NCBI GenBank assembly: GCA_019358915.1
Contig: JAHHIM010000065.1
Span: 160,001-224,000 of the forward strand
DNA: 64,000 nt
Origin: Trichormus sp. ATA11-4-KO1
Lineage (GTDB): Bacteria > Cyanobacteriota > Cyanobacteriia > Cyanobacteriales > Nostocaceae
Direction of reading: 5' to 3'
Position 1 is the first letter of the stretch. The number at the start of each line of letters is the position of its first letter. Made by a program: the position numbers and the translations under genes. Below, piece by piece: positions 1 to 10,131 of the stretch. The notes beneath the pieces are model-generated. The model saw only the letters and a program-made list of their open reading frames with translations, ran no database searches and was not told the DNA's origin.

Positions 1-1
1 T

Positions 2-379
2 ACAGGCGCACCGTTACTGATATTGTTTATTTTAATTAGTATGTTGCTTAATCTTTTTGTCGGTTCTGCTTCAGCAAAATGGGCAATTATGGCTCCTGTG
101 TTTGTACCAATGTTTATGTTAATGGGTTATTCCCCAGAGTTAACCCAAGCAGCATATCGGATTGGTGATTCCACAACGAATATTATTACTCCATTAATGC
201 CTTATTTCCCTTTGGTGGTAGCCTTCGGGCAAAAGTACGATAAAAATTTAGGCATTGGGACATTAATTACAATGATGTTACCTTATGCGATCGCCTTTTT
301 GTTAGGTTGGTCTAGTCTATTGATTATTTGGTTTGTCTTGGGTTTACCCCTTGGCCCTGGGGCGCTGATGAAGATTTAA
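2..379 (+). CDS. abgT: AbgT-family transporter, C-terminal part (5' truncated by window edge)
   Basis: Motifs [32 protein letters not shown] and [12 protein letters not shown]; frame is open from base 2. Confidence 0.9.
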   Translation, partial: TGAPLLILFILISMLLNLFVGSASAKWAIMAPVFVPMFMLMGYSPELTQAAYRIGDSTTNIITPLMPYFPLVVAFGQKYDKNLGIGTLITMMLPYAIAFLLGWSSLLIIWFVLGLPLGPGALMKI

Positions 380-592
380 TCAACCACAGAGACATAAATC
401 AGGCAATCACACCACTTTTCATAGATAAAGCCATCAGCCAATATCTGCAAGCTAGGATTCTCTCAATATAAACTTTTCACAAAGCTTCCATGATATTACG
501 TAAAAGCATCAGGCTGTTGTACAGTTAAGTATTAATATTTATATAAATTACTCTAAAATTTTTCAGTCTAAAAAAGAGGTATTCACTGAGAA

Positions 593-787
593 ATGAAAAA
601 AGAGCAGTTTAATCTGGTGACTTATGTTGAGCAAATGGGCTGCTTATTGGATTTGCCGCTAAGAGATGAAGATCGCGATGGGGTATTAGAAAATTTTGCC
701 AGAATTCAAGCGATCGCTCAACTGGTAAATGAGTTTCCTTTACCAGAAGAAATAGAAATCTATCACCCTGGTTGTGAACATGTCTAA
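593..787 (+). CDS. AtzG-like / DUF4089 small amidase partner protein
   Basis: 64 aa, YVEQM..LLDL.L....GV..NF.RI.AIA.LV.EFPLPEEIE pattern; upstream of an AtzE-family amidase. Confidence 0.8.
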   Translation: MKKEQFNLVTYVEQMGCLLDLPLRDEDRDGVLENFARIQAIAQLVNEFPLPEEIEIYHPGCEHV

Positions 788-1610
788 AAAATTTTGCTTT
801 TGTACCTTAGCAGTAGGAAATCGCTATCGTACCCATGCACGGATGCTAGCGAGTGATATTCAAAAACATTCACCTGGAACTTCCTTGATAGTTCTTACAG
901 ATCAGCCCCATGATTTTGAGGAATATCCGCACGTTATTGCTTGCAAACACCGACTGCAAAGCGTAAAAGGATATCATGATAAGCGTTTTGTACTGGAAAA
1001 GTCCCTCAAATTGTTTGACACCTGTATATATTTGGATTCTGATGTACGCATCTTGGGTTCTGTACCAGAGGACATAGAGTGGCTACCTGGAATTACCGCC
1101 AGAACTGGCTGCAATATCCTTAAACACAATGCAGGGATGAATCAGCGCCAAGCACTTCCAGTCATCAAAAAAGTGGCACAGAAACTAGATGTTGACCTTG
1201 AGAAAACACAATGGTTTCATGAATTTATGTTTGCAGTCAAAAAACAAGATGGCGCAGAAGTTGAGTTTTTAAAGCTTTGGCAAACAATTTCTTACTTCTT
1301 TGAGATGCAAGGAATTTATGATGGAGAAGGTAACGTTATGGGATTAGCGGCTGTTTTAGCAGGGTTGACAGTTCAATTCGACTCTGGGGACAAATTCCCA
1401 TTCTTCAAAGACAATATCGAGCAAGTGAGAATTAAAAAAGGGCAGTCACAACTTAAGGATAAACAGATTTACTTCGACATACATAAAAAGATTGAATATC
1501 CAGAACATCCCATTTGGAGAAAGGTAATTAATAAGTTGATAGGAAAAGCTGTGTTTCTTTATCGATTATTCAGGTTGAGAACTTTTGCCAGGCAGGATTT
1601 AGGCTTTTAG
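774..1610 (+). CDS. Putative GT-A fold glycosyltransferase-like protein
   Basis: N-terminal beta strand FCFCTLAVG, VLTD, DxD motif IYLDSDV; next to a pyruvyltransferase; start may be ATG 780. Confidence 0.55.
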   Translation: MNMSKKFCFCTLAVGNRYRTHARMLASDIQKHSPGTSLIVLTDQPHDFEEYPHVIACKHRLQSVKGYHDKRFVLEKSLKLFDTCIYLDSDVRILGSVPEDIEWLPGITARTGCNILKHNAGMNQRQALPVIKKVAQKLDVDLEKTQWFHEFMFAVKKQDGAEVEFLKLWQTISYFFEMQGIYDGEGNVMGLAAVLAGLTVQFDSGDKFPFFKDNIEQVRIKKGQSQLKDKQIYFDIHKKIEYPEHPIWRKVINKLIGKAVFLYRLFRLRTFARQDLGF

Positions 1611-1655
1611 ATTCTGGGATAAAAATTGTTTTGTCATAGAAATTGCAAAAAAAAC

Positions 1656-2516
1656 ATGAAGCTTCTTTATTACCGAGAAAATAATTTTGGTGACAAACTT
1701 AATCCTTGGTTATGGGATAAGTTAATCCCAGGCATCATTGATAATGACCAAACAACTGCTTTTGTTGGCATAGGTACTCTGATTAATGATGGATTACCTA
1801 TTAAAACCAAAAACTCTCGGTTGCGAGTAATATTTGGTACAGGTGTAGGGTATGGCAAAGGAATACCACAGATAAATGATTCTTATAAGATTTATTGTCT
1901 CCGTGGCCCGTTATCAGCCCAGGCATTAGGTGTTGCAAATAAGTTAGCAGTCACAGATGGAGCTGTACTGATTAGAAATTTATTTGATAATTATAGCCAT
2001 AAGAAAGTATACAAATTTTCTTATATGCCTCACTATGAACTAGCTGGAGAAGGTTGGAGTTTAGTTTGTGAAGGACTGGGATTTGGATATATTGATCCAC
2101 GCTGGTCAATAGAAAAAGTTTTGTCATGTATTAGCGAAACAGAAGTCTTATTTGCAGAGGCTATGCATGGTGCTATTATTGCTGATGCACTACGTGTACC
2201 ATGGGTTCCCATAATTACTAACCCTACTATTCTGCAATTTAAATGGCAAGATTGGTGCCAATCTATAGGTGTAAAATATCAGCCATCATATATCAAACGC
2301 TTACATCATCCTAGTCAAAAACGAGATATTTTATCTCCACTGCGTTTAACTCGTGATTGGTTAAGACAACAAGAATCTAAATCACAATTAATGCATATTG
2401 CCAAGACTGTACAACCTACTTTAAGTAGTGATATACACATAGAAAATCTGACTCAGGAAATGAACGCCAGACTTGAGGAATTTAAACAGGATTTTGCCCA
2501 AGGAATTTATGCCTAA
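1656..2516 (+). CDS. Polysaccharide pyruvyl transferase (ExoV-like ketolase)
   Basis: NFGDKLNPWLW, GIGTLIN, LRGPLSA, EAMHGAIIADALRVPW and FKWQDW motifs. Confidence 0.85.
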   Translation: MKLLYYRENNFGDKLNPWLWDKLIPGIIDNDQTTAFVGIGTLINDGLPIKTKNSRLRVIFGTGVGYGKGIPQINDSYKIYCLRGPLSAQALGVANKLAVTDGAVLIRNLFDNYSHKKVYKFSYMPHYELAGEGWSLVCEGLGFGYIDPRWSIEKVLSCISETEVLFAEAMHGAIIADALRVPWVPIITNPTILQFKWQDWCQSIGVKYQPSYIKRLHHPSQKRDILSPLRLTRDWLRQQESKSQLMHIAKTVQPTLSSDIHIENLTQEMNARLEEFKQDFAQGIYA

Positions 2517-2551
2517 ATAACTAAATTTCCTGAATAAACCCGATTTATAAG

Positions 2552-3955
2552 ATGAATATTAACTCAGCCGATGTCTTATCAATAGCTGTTGCTGTGCGTA
2601 CAGGTGAAGTCAGCGCGGTGGAAGTTACCCAGGCGGCTTTAGCAAGAATTGCAGCAGAAAATCCTCAACTCAACTGTTTTACGGCTGTAATTGCGGAAAC
2701 AGCTTTGACAGATGCAGCCACAATTGATAGAGAAATTGCCCAAGGTCATTATCCTGGTTCGTTGGCTGGTGTCCCGTTTGCCGTAAAAAATCTTTTCGAT
2801 ATCGCTGGTTTAACAACTTTAGCGGGGTCAAAAATCAATGCCGAAAATCACCCAGCTACCCAAGACGCAACCGCAGTAACTAAATTAAAACAAGCAGGTG
2901 CAGTGCTGGTTGGTGCTTTAAATATGGATGAGTACGCCTATGGGTTTGTCACAGAAAATTCCCATTACGGTGCTACCCACAACCCCCATGATTTACAACG
3001 GGTAGCTGGTGGTTCTTCTGGTGGTTCGGCGGCGGCTGTGGCGGCTGGGTTAGTACCACTAACACTAGGTTCAGATACTAATGGTTCTATTAGAGTACCG
3101 GCGGCTTTGTGTGGTGTGTTTGGTTTTAAACCAACTTATGGACGCTTATCTCGTGCTGGGGTAGCTTTATTTTCTAGTAGTCTTGACCATATTGGCCCAT
3201 TTGCGCGTTCGGTACAAGATATTGCGATCGCCTTTGATGTGCTTCAAGGAGAAGATCAGCTCGATCCTGTTTGTACAAAACGTCCTCCCCAATTATGTGT
3301 ACCACAATTAAATCAAGATATCTCTGGTATCAGAATTGCCATCGCTGGTGATTATTTTGCGAAAGGTGCAGCACCGGAAGCCTTAGCAGCAGTACAAAAA
3401 GTAGCAGATGCTTTAAATGTAACTGAATATGTAACCATACCAGAAACCCACCGCGCCCGTGCCGCCGCCTTTGTAATTACTGCTAGCGAAGGGGCAAATC
3501 TGCATTTAGATAAATTAAAGTCACGTCCCCAGGATTTTGACCCCGCCACACGCGATCGCTTTTTGGCTGGGGCGTTAATCCCAAGTAATTGGTATTTACA
3601 AGCACAACGGTTGAGAAGCTGGTACCGCGATCGCCTGCGGGAAGTATTTCAAAATGTAGATATTATTCTCGCCCCTACCACACCCATCTCTGCACCACTG
3701 ATTGGTCAACAAACCATGATTTTAGATGGTGAAGAAATTCTCGTACGTCCTCATCTGGGGTTATTCACTCAACCATTATCTTTCATTGGCTTACCCGTTT
3801 TATCAGTACCAATTCAGCGTCCCAATGCCTTACCTTTGGGTGTGCAATTAATAGCTGCACCCGACAACGAAGCTTTGATTTTACAAGTAGCTGCTGTTTT
3901 AGAGTCCCAAGGTGTAATTTCTGCAAAAGTAGCTGTTAATCAAGTAACCAATTAA
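2552..3955 (+). CDS. atzE: AtzE-family amidase (amidase signature)
   Basis: GVPFAVKNLFD, GGSSGGSAAAV and GSDTNGSIRVPA (Ser-Ser-Lys triad); LNMDEYAYGF is typical of AtzE. Confidence 0.85.
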   Translation: MNINSADVLSIAVAVRTGEVSAVEVTQAALARIAAENPQLNCFTAVIAETALTDAATIDREIAQGHYPGSLAGVPFAVKNLFDIAGLTTLAGSKINAENHPATQDATAVTKLKQAGAVLVGALNMDEYAYGFVTENSHYGATHNPHDLQRVAGGSSGGSAAAVAAGLVPLTLGSDTNGSIRVPAALCGVFGFKPTYGRLSRAGVALFSSSLDHIGPFARSVQDIAIAFDVLQGEDQLDPVCTKRPPQLCVPQLNQDISGIRIAIAGDYFAKGAAPEALAAVQKVADALNVTEYVTIPETHRARAAAFVITASEGANLHLDKLKSRPQDFDPATRDRFLAGALIPSNWYLQAQRLRSWYRDRLREVFQNVDIILAPTTPISAPLIGQQTMILDGEEILVRPHLGLFTQPLSFIGLPVLSVPIQRPNALPLGVQLIAAPDNEALILQVAAVLESQGVISAKVAVNQVTN

Positions 3956-4499
3956 ATAAATTTTCTACAGAAAGACTAAAATCTTGAGCAAAAGTTGGTA
4001 CTGGTAACTGTGCTTTTGGTTCATCGTAAATAGCAGTAGGCTGATCTGGTAGATATATAAACACAGATTTTTCTTCTGGGTCAATCAGCCATCCCATCTG
4101 AGTCCCATACTGCAAGCAATACAAAATATTTTTGATGACTCTAGTCTGACTTTGGTTGGGTGAAAGTATTTCGATTATCCAATCTGGGGGAATGGAAAAA
4201 ATATTGGCGATGACTCCATTTTCCAGGCGGGGAATCTTACTCCATGTAAATACAGAAATATCAGGTACAATCGAGCGAACACCAAAAGTACAGCGAAGTT
4301 CACAAAAAGCTCTGGCAATTTTTTTTGACTTCAAAATTGAGTTGATAGCAGGGGCTAACTCGGTTTGAATGACGCTGTGTTCTCCTTGTGGCATCGATTT
4401 TTGGTAGATACGCCCGTCAATATATTCGCTGGCTGGTTTTGTTTCCGGTAACTGTAAAAATTCTGCCAGTGTGAGGGCTTGAGCAGCTGTTTGTACCAT
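3936..4499 (-). CDS. Uma2 family endonuclease-like protein
   Basis: LPETKPASEYIDG, IVPDI, PDWIIEILSP and GWLIDP motifs. Confidence 0.9.
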   Translation of the reverse strand: MVQTAAQALTLAEFLQLPETKPASEYIDGRIYQKSMPQGEHSVIQTELAPAINSILKSKKIARAFCELRCTFGVRSIVPDISVFTWSKIPRLENGVIANIFSIPPDWIIEILSPNQSQTRVIKNILYCLQYGTQMGWLIDPEEKSVFIYLPDQPTAIYDEPKAQLPVPTFAQDFSLSVENLFNWLLD

Positions 4500-4513
4500 T
4501 TAAGTGTTCCTGC

Positions 4514-4804
4514 TTAAGAATTGCTTTCCTTGATTTTTTCTCCCATCTCCTTCCCAGAATCCCACAGAGTATGACCACAGCAATGTGACGTAGCCTCTGG
4601 AACAGGATCGTAACCACCTGGATGAAAGGGATGACAACGCAAAATCCGCCGAGTAGCCATCCACCCACCGCGCCATAAGCCAAATCGCTCAATTGCTTCG
4701 ATAGCATACATAGAACAAGTTGGTTGAAACCGACAAGTCGGGGGAAACAGTGGCGAAATAAACATTCTGTAACCTTTAATTAACCAAATGAATAATAGTT
4801 TCAT
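4514..4804 (-). CDS. yidD: Membrane protein insertion efficiency factor YidD
   Basis: [14 protein letters not shown] and [17 protein letters not shown]. Confidence 0.95.
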   Translation of the reverse strand: MKLLFIWLIKGYRMFISPLFPPTCRFQPTCSMYAIEAIERFGLWRGGWMATRRILRCHPFHPGGYDPVPEATSHCCGHTLWDSGKEMGEKIKESNS

Positions 4805-4867
4805 CACAGTCACCTAAATCTTATAAATTAGTAATATCAGGTAAAAAATTTCTATCTTGTAGTTTCT

Positions 4868-5575
4868 TTGTTATCTTCAGTTATCGATTTAACCTCAATC
4901 CCACCTTTGTGGCTGCAAATTACCATAGTTGCAGTTTGGGTATTACTTATCCTCCTGATCGCATGGGTGGTAAAACGCTTTGCTAAAGGCGATCCAGAAA
5001 TAGTTAGGAAAATAGTTCATATTGGCACTGGTAATGTAATTTTACTGGCTTGGTGGCTAGATATCCCTGCGAGTGTAGGCATTACAGCTTCAATTGTAGC
5101 GAGTACCATCACCTTGTTATCGTACAGATTTCCCATTCTTCCCGGTATTAATAGCGTGGGCAGGCAAAGTTTGGGAACATTTTTTTATGCTGTCAGTGTT
5201 GGCATTTTAGTAGCCTGGTTCTGGCACATACAACAACCCCAATACGCAGCTATAGGCATAATGGTGATGGCTTGGGGTGACGGGTTAGCAGCATTGATTG
5301 GACAACGCTTTGGTAAACATAAGTATAAAGTCTTGGGAGCGCAAAAAAGCTGGGAAGGCTCCTTGACTATGGCTTTAGTTAGCTATCTTGTCAGTAGTTT
5401 AATTTTACTGAGTGTTGAAGGAAACGTCTGGCAAGCTTGGGTCGTATCGCTAGCGATCGCTTTAGCTGCTACAACTTTAGAAGCTATTTCATTTTTGGGT
5501 ATTGATAATTTGACAGTGCCTTTATGTAGTGCAGCCTTAGCATTTATGTTAACTGAGATATTGTTGTTTAAATAA
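4868..5575 (+). CDS. Phytol/dolichol (polyprenol) kinase, CTP-dependent
   Basis: RKIVHIGTG, WGDGLAALIG, KSWEGS and IDNLTVP motifs; polytopic membrane protein. Confidence 0.85.
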   Translation: MLSSVIDLTSIPPLWLQITIVAVWVLLILLIAWVVKRFAKGDPEIVRKIVHIGTGNVILLAWWLDIPASVGITASIVASTITLLSYRFPILPGINSVGRQSLGTFFYAVSVGILVAWFWHIQQPQYAAIGIMVMAWGDGLAALIGQRFGKHKYKVLGAQKSWEGSLTMALVSYLVSSLILLSVEGNVWQAWVVSLAIALAATTLEAISFLGIDNLTVPLCSAALAFMLTEILLFK

Positions 5576-5916
5576 ATTTGCTCTTAGCAATAAAATCCTA
5601 TTTTTGATAAATATTTGTATCTCTAGAAACCGGAGTTATCATCAACTACGGATGAGCGATACCTACACTAACGCCTAAGCAGATGATAGAAAAGTCGATT
5701 ATTTGATTACATATCTGCAAAAACATTGAATATTGACAATTTTTTCTCTAGAGGTATAAGTATATCTAGAAAAAATAGCAGATTTTATATCTACTTTGAG
5801 GAGTAAATATACAAGATTGATTTCTACCTTGGGATTTATGAATTCCTGACAAACAGTGCCTATAGTTGAGGTCGTAGGTGGTCATAAACCTATATACGTA
5901 AGTGAGGCTAACAATC

Positions 5917-6234
5917 ATGTCACATCAAATATTTGCATCTGACTTGTTTGTCACATTATCTGATGAACAACAAGAGCATCTAGCTGGCGGTGCCGACTTT
6001 GAACTGGCTGGTAGCAATTTTGCTAACAGAATCGCAAACTTACAGGGGACAAGCAACGCTGGCCCAGATGGCAGCACTGCCAACTCTACAGGTAATGTTA
6101 CAGCTGTTAACACTGCTGCACAAGACTTGTTGGGATTGGGTGCAGCAAGCGTTCCGACGGTTGACCCATTGGGTGGTGCACCAGTTCTCAACGGCGTCAG
6201 CAACGGCGGAAATGGCAATGGTAACAATGAATAA
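5917..6234 (+). CDS. Double-glycine leader secreted peptide P1 (cyanobacterial tandem bacteriocin-like)
   Basis: Leader ...LFVTLSDEQQEHLAGG; TGAGG RBS before ATG 5917; near a C39 ABC exporter. Confidence 0.85.
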   Translation: MSHQIFASDLFVTLSDEQQEHLAGGADFELAGSNFANRIANLQGTSNAGPDGSTANSTGNVTAVNTAAQDLLGLGAASVPTVDPLGGAPVLNGVSNGGNGNGNNE

Positions 6235-6611
6235 AACTGTAACCCAGCCAAACTGTTGAACCATTCCTACAGTTGACCCGGAAAGCTGATCTTTCACATC
6301 AAAGCGTTTCACTAATCTAAGTAGGGAATGGTGTGTGGGGGTTACAAAAAGTTAACAGTATAAGACTGTACCTAAAATCTGCAATTGTTATCCCACATAA
6401 CTGACTATTGCCCTGGTCACCTTGGTTGATTTCTCTGGTCAGTGTTGCAAAATCTAGGGTTACGGTGGCGCTAAGCTAATTGAGCATTCCGGGTTTTTTC
6501 TTTGGCGTGGGAGGAAGGCATGGATTCCAGAATTTTCTTGCCATCTTGATATTTCAAAACCTCATTGGCTGACTGAATATTAAGTCAGTTTCTGGAATCC
6601 TTTATTTGTAT

Positions 6612-6729
6612 TAAGACTTACGCACAAGTTACGAAATAATAGTTCGCGTAGCGTGCGCGCAGCACATACCGCAGAGGCACAGAGAACACGGAGGAATGAG
6701 AGTTAGAGAAGTATTTTGCGTAAGTCCTA
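6612..6729. mobile_element. MITE-like repeat with 13-bp imperfect terminal inverted repeats
   Basis: TAAGACTTACGCA (6612) ... TGCGTAAGTCCTA (6729); near-identical inverted copy at 27699-27843. Confidence 0.75.
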
Positions 6730-6764
6730 TGTATTTGAAAGTTACGTAAGTGAGGCTAACAATC

Positions 6765-7070
6765 ATGTTGTATCAAGCTATTGCATCACAGTTGTTTGTC
6801 GCGTTATCAGATGAGCAACAGGAGCATGTAGCTGGCGGTGTTGACTTTGAACTGGCTGGTAGCAATTTCGCTAACAGAATTGCCAGTTTACAGGGGTCAG
6901 TCAGTTCCGGACCAAATGGCAGCACTGCTAACTCCACAGGTAATGTTACAGCTGTTAACACTGCGGCACAAGACTTATTAGGATTGGGTGCAGCAAGTGT
7001 TCCTACAATTGATGCCTTAGGCGCTGCACCAGTTCTTAATGGTATAGGAACAGTTACCAATGGCGAATGA
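6765..7070 (+). CDS. Double-glycine leader secreted peptide P2 (close paralog of P1)
   Basis: Leader LSDEQQEHVAGG; core DFELAGSNFANRIA...NTAAQDLLGLGAAS nearly identical to P1. Confidence 0.85.
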   Translation: MLYQAIASQLFVALSDEQQEHVAGGVDFELAGSNFANRIASLQGSVSSGPNGSTANSTGNVTAVNTAAQDLLGLGAASVPTIDALGAAPVLNGIGTVTNGE

Positions 7071-7076
7071 CGTATT

Positions 7077-7351
7077 TGATGCCAATTTCCGAAAAGAATG
7101 CTACAGATACGTAGGTTGGGTTAAACGTAGGATGAAGAGTGCTGAGTGAGGTCAAACTCCTAGAGAAATTTACCATCGCTAGCTTGAAGAATTGATGATT
7201 GCAGAGGTCATACCAATTTGAGAAGGGAATGCGAGAGATGCGTAGATTAGCGAGAACGGAGAAAACCCAACATATACAACATTTTGAAGTGTTGGGTTAA
7301 GAACCAAAACACAAATGAGATGTGTAGCGATGATTTTTCAAATTGGCATCA
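7077..7351. mobile_element. Composite MITE-like element
   Basis: 12-bp perfect inverted ends TGATGCCAATTT / AAATTGGCATCA; second left-end-like copy near 7210; internal GTAGGTTGGGTT and AACCCAAC REP-like motifs. Confidence 0.6.
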
Positions 7352-7575
7352 CTGTTTTAATTTCTGCCACTAGTGCTCAATTCATCTGGGTGTTCTAACT
7401 TTCTGCAAGGACGGATTCCAGATTTTTCCTGCGTTCTTGCTATTTACACAACTCAATTATTTGGCTGAATGCCTCAGGAAAAACTGACTTTCTCAGTCAT
7501 TTACTGGAATCCTTATATTTGACCTAAAAATCACGCCAAATCATATTGGGTTGATTGACAATGAGGCTAACAATC

Positions 7576-7848
7576 ATGTCACATCAAAAGATTACATCGG
7601 ATTGGTTTGTTGAGTTAGAATTATCTAATAAACAGCAACAGTTATTAGTTGGTGGTGTTAAGTATAAACTGAGCGATAACAATTTTGCTCAAGGAACGGC
7701 AGCAACAACAAAGACAAATAACAGTAGTCCCGAAGGTAACTCTTCCGACTCCAATACTCAGATTTCCGATGTAAATGCTGGTGCAAAAAGTTTTTTATCT
7801 ACTGATGCTACAGAATTTCCTTTACTGTCCAGTCTTCAATCACTATAG
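7576..7848 (+). CDS. Double-glycine leader secreted peptide P3 (diverged paralog of P1/P2)
   Basis: Leader LSNKQQQLLVGG; same TGAGGCTAACAATCATG start context; Ser/Asn/Thr-rich core. Confidence 0.8.
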   Translation: MSHQKITSDWFVELELSNKQQQLLVGGVKYKLSDNNFAQGTAATTKTNNSSPEGNSSDSNTQISDVNAGAKSFLSTDATEFPLLSSLQSL

Positions 7849-8470
7849 TTGCATCAATTGCACAATGCTGTAAGTAGTAAAACAGCATAATTGAGTAATG
7901 AATTTTACACTCAATAGTAAATTTTTCTTGCTCTTGGCGAAAGTTTAGAGATGAATTTTGATGGTATTTTTGCTATGTTCACGACAAAAACTCATGATGC
8001 TGCTCAACGCTACCAAAAAAGCTTTTTGTTTACAAATGAAAAGGGGGTAGAGGAGATAATTATAACTCGCTCATCGTAAGTGAGGTCTTTGAGAGAGTTT
8101 GAGCATTCTCCTCTATTGTTTCTACACGTTATCCACGTTAGATACATGAGAAAGGTTATTGCCGTACAAAGCGTACTTCTTTCTCTTTCCCCATCACTAA
8201 TTATAAGACATCATAAACCATGATGTTTGGTAACGTTAGCATCATATGTTACCGTTTGACTTTTTAATTTCATTCTGACCAATTGTTGATTACTTTTATT
8301 ATCAGCTTTATTCTCAGCCGATGAGGAAAATACTCCTGATTACGGGAAATTTCTGAGAGCTTGATTATAAGCGATCGCCTGATAAAAAAATCTGGGATTC
8401 ATTAATTTGTTGCTGCAACGTTACCTAAATTAACAGACAATTATCCACTTCAAATCCAAGGTGCATTACC

Positions 8471-9973
8471 GTGAACTCCTTTCCCCACCAAGACAATCAT
8501 TTTTGGCAGAGGTTTAATGAACCTACTCCAGAGGAACTCAATCTAGTTGATGCTAACGAATTTCTTCCCCGGATCAGTAAATGGACAAACATCGGCGCAG
8601 GAGTTCTGCTAACTATTTTTATGGCGGGGATTGGTCTGACATCTGTATTTAATTACAATGTCACAGTTAAAGTTCCTGCGAGTATCCGACCAAAAGGGGA
8701 ACTGCGCGTTGTTCAGTCTGCCGTTGTCGGCACCGTGCAAAAAATTGACGCGCGAGAAAATCAGATGGTGCAGCAAGGACAAGCAATTGCTTACGTTGAT
8801 GATTCTCGCCTACAGAATCAAAAAAGCCAACTAGAAAACAGTATTCAGCAAACTCAATTACAACTGGGTCAAATTGATGCTCAATTCAGTGAAATTGTTA
8901 CTCAGACTGCGGCTCAAAGAACCTTAATTAACCGGACAATTATCGCTGCACAAGCAGAATTAAGTGGTATTCAACGTAACTATGAAGACCAGCAAGTAAA
9001 AGCTACGGCTGAAATGACACAAGCAGAATTAGCCTTGAACTTAGCTAGAGTACAACGCGATCGCTTACAACGAAATAATTTATTAACTGCAACTGTACAA
9101 GAAGCTGAAGTGGCTTTAAATTTAGCCAAAGCGCAACGCGATCGCTTACAGTCAGTGATGGCATCAGGCGCAATTTCTCGCAATCTGTTTGAAGAAAAGG
9201 AACAGGCGGTAAAATCAGCCCAAGCCAAGCTAGAACAAGCAAAGGCTAATGCTAAAGACCTGATGGAAGAAAAAGAACAAGCTCTCCAGGTTGCCCAAAT
9301 CAACCTAGACAAGGCTAAAACTAGTATCAATCCCAGTAATGCTGCTGTCACCGTGGCATCTGAAAGAATTAAGCAGGAACAAGCCAAAGGTGAGGCTACT
9401 TTAGCTGCTTTAAATAAAGAACAAGAAACTTTACTTCAGCAGCGTATAGAACTGCAAAAGCAACTTTCTCAGACTCGTAAAGAACTACAACAAGTAGAAA
9501 CTGACTTAAATCAAAGTGTGATTCGAGCGCCAATTACAGGTACACTGCTGCAATTGAATCTGCGTAATCCGGGACAAGTAGTGCAACCAACGCAGCCTAT
9601 TGCTCAGATTGCTCCCCTCGATGCGCCAATGCTGATCAAAGCTTTTGTCCAAGCTCAAGATATTGACAAGGTAAAACCTGGTCAAAAAGTGCAGATGCAG
9701 GTTTCTGCTTGCCCCTATCCAGATTACGGTACTCTCCACGGGACAGTGAAAACCGTTGCCCCAGATGCCCTACCAGTGGGAGATAAAAGTACTGGTAATT
9801 CTCAGAAAGTTGCCTATGAAGCAACTATAGAGCCAAAAACCGTATATGTGGGTAGAGGCGATCGCCAATGTCAACTCCAACCCGGTATGGAAGGTAGAGC
9901 TGATATTATTTCCCGTCAAGAAACAGTACTTAATTTCATTCTTCGCAAAGCCAGATTAATCACAGATTTATGA
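8471..9973 (+). CDS. HlyD-family membrane fusion (periplasmic adaptor) protein
   Basis: N-terminal TM helix, RVVQSAVVGTV, long coiled coil, IRAPITGTL, PYPDYG and LQPGM motifs. Confidence 0.92.
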   Translation: MNSFPHQDNHFWQRFNEPTPEELNLVDANEFLPRISKWTNIGAGVLLTIFMAGIGLTSVFNYNVTVKVPASIRPKGELRVVQSAVVGTVQKIDARENQMVQQGQAIAYVDDSRLQNQKSQLENSIQQTQLQLGQIDAQFSEIVTQTAAQRTLINRTIIAAQAELSGIQRNYEDQQVKATAEMTQAELALNLARVQRDRLQRNNLLTATVQEAEVALNLAKAQRDRLQSVMASGAISRNLFEEKEQAVKSAQAKLEQAKANAKDLMEEKEQALQVAQINLDKAKTSINPSNAAVTVASERIKQEQAKGEATLAALNKEQETLLQQRIELQKQLSQTRKELQQVETDLNQSVIRAPITGTLLQLNLRNPGQVVQPTQPIAQIAPLDAPMLIKAFVQAQDIDKVKPGQKVQMQVSACPYPDYGTLHGTVKTVAPDALPVGDKSTGNSQKVAYEATIEPKTVYVGRGDRQCQLQPGMEGRADIISRQETVLNFILRKARLITDL

Positions 9974-10131
9974 AAAGTGTTGAGTTGAAAGTGCTGAGTG
10001 CTGAGTAAACATTTTTCGGGTCACTTTACAAAGTTTAGGAATTTAATCTCCTGTATTTCCAGAAGTTTTGTCTCAAGGTCTCAATCCCTGTGCCAAAACT
10101 CAATTACGAATTACGAATTACAAATTAACTT

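Noticed and set aside
5925..7060. Paralogous antisense ORFs opposite P1 and P2
   Set aside because: Shadow ORFs; their similarity follows from the duplicated sense genes
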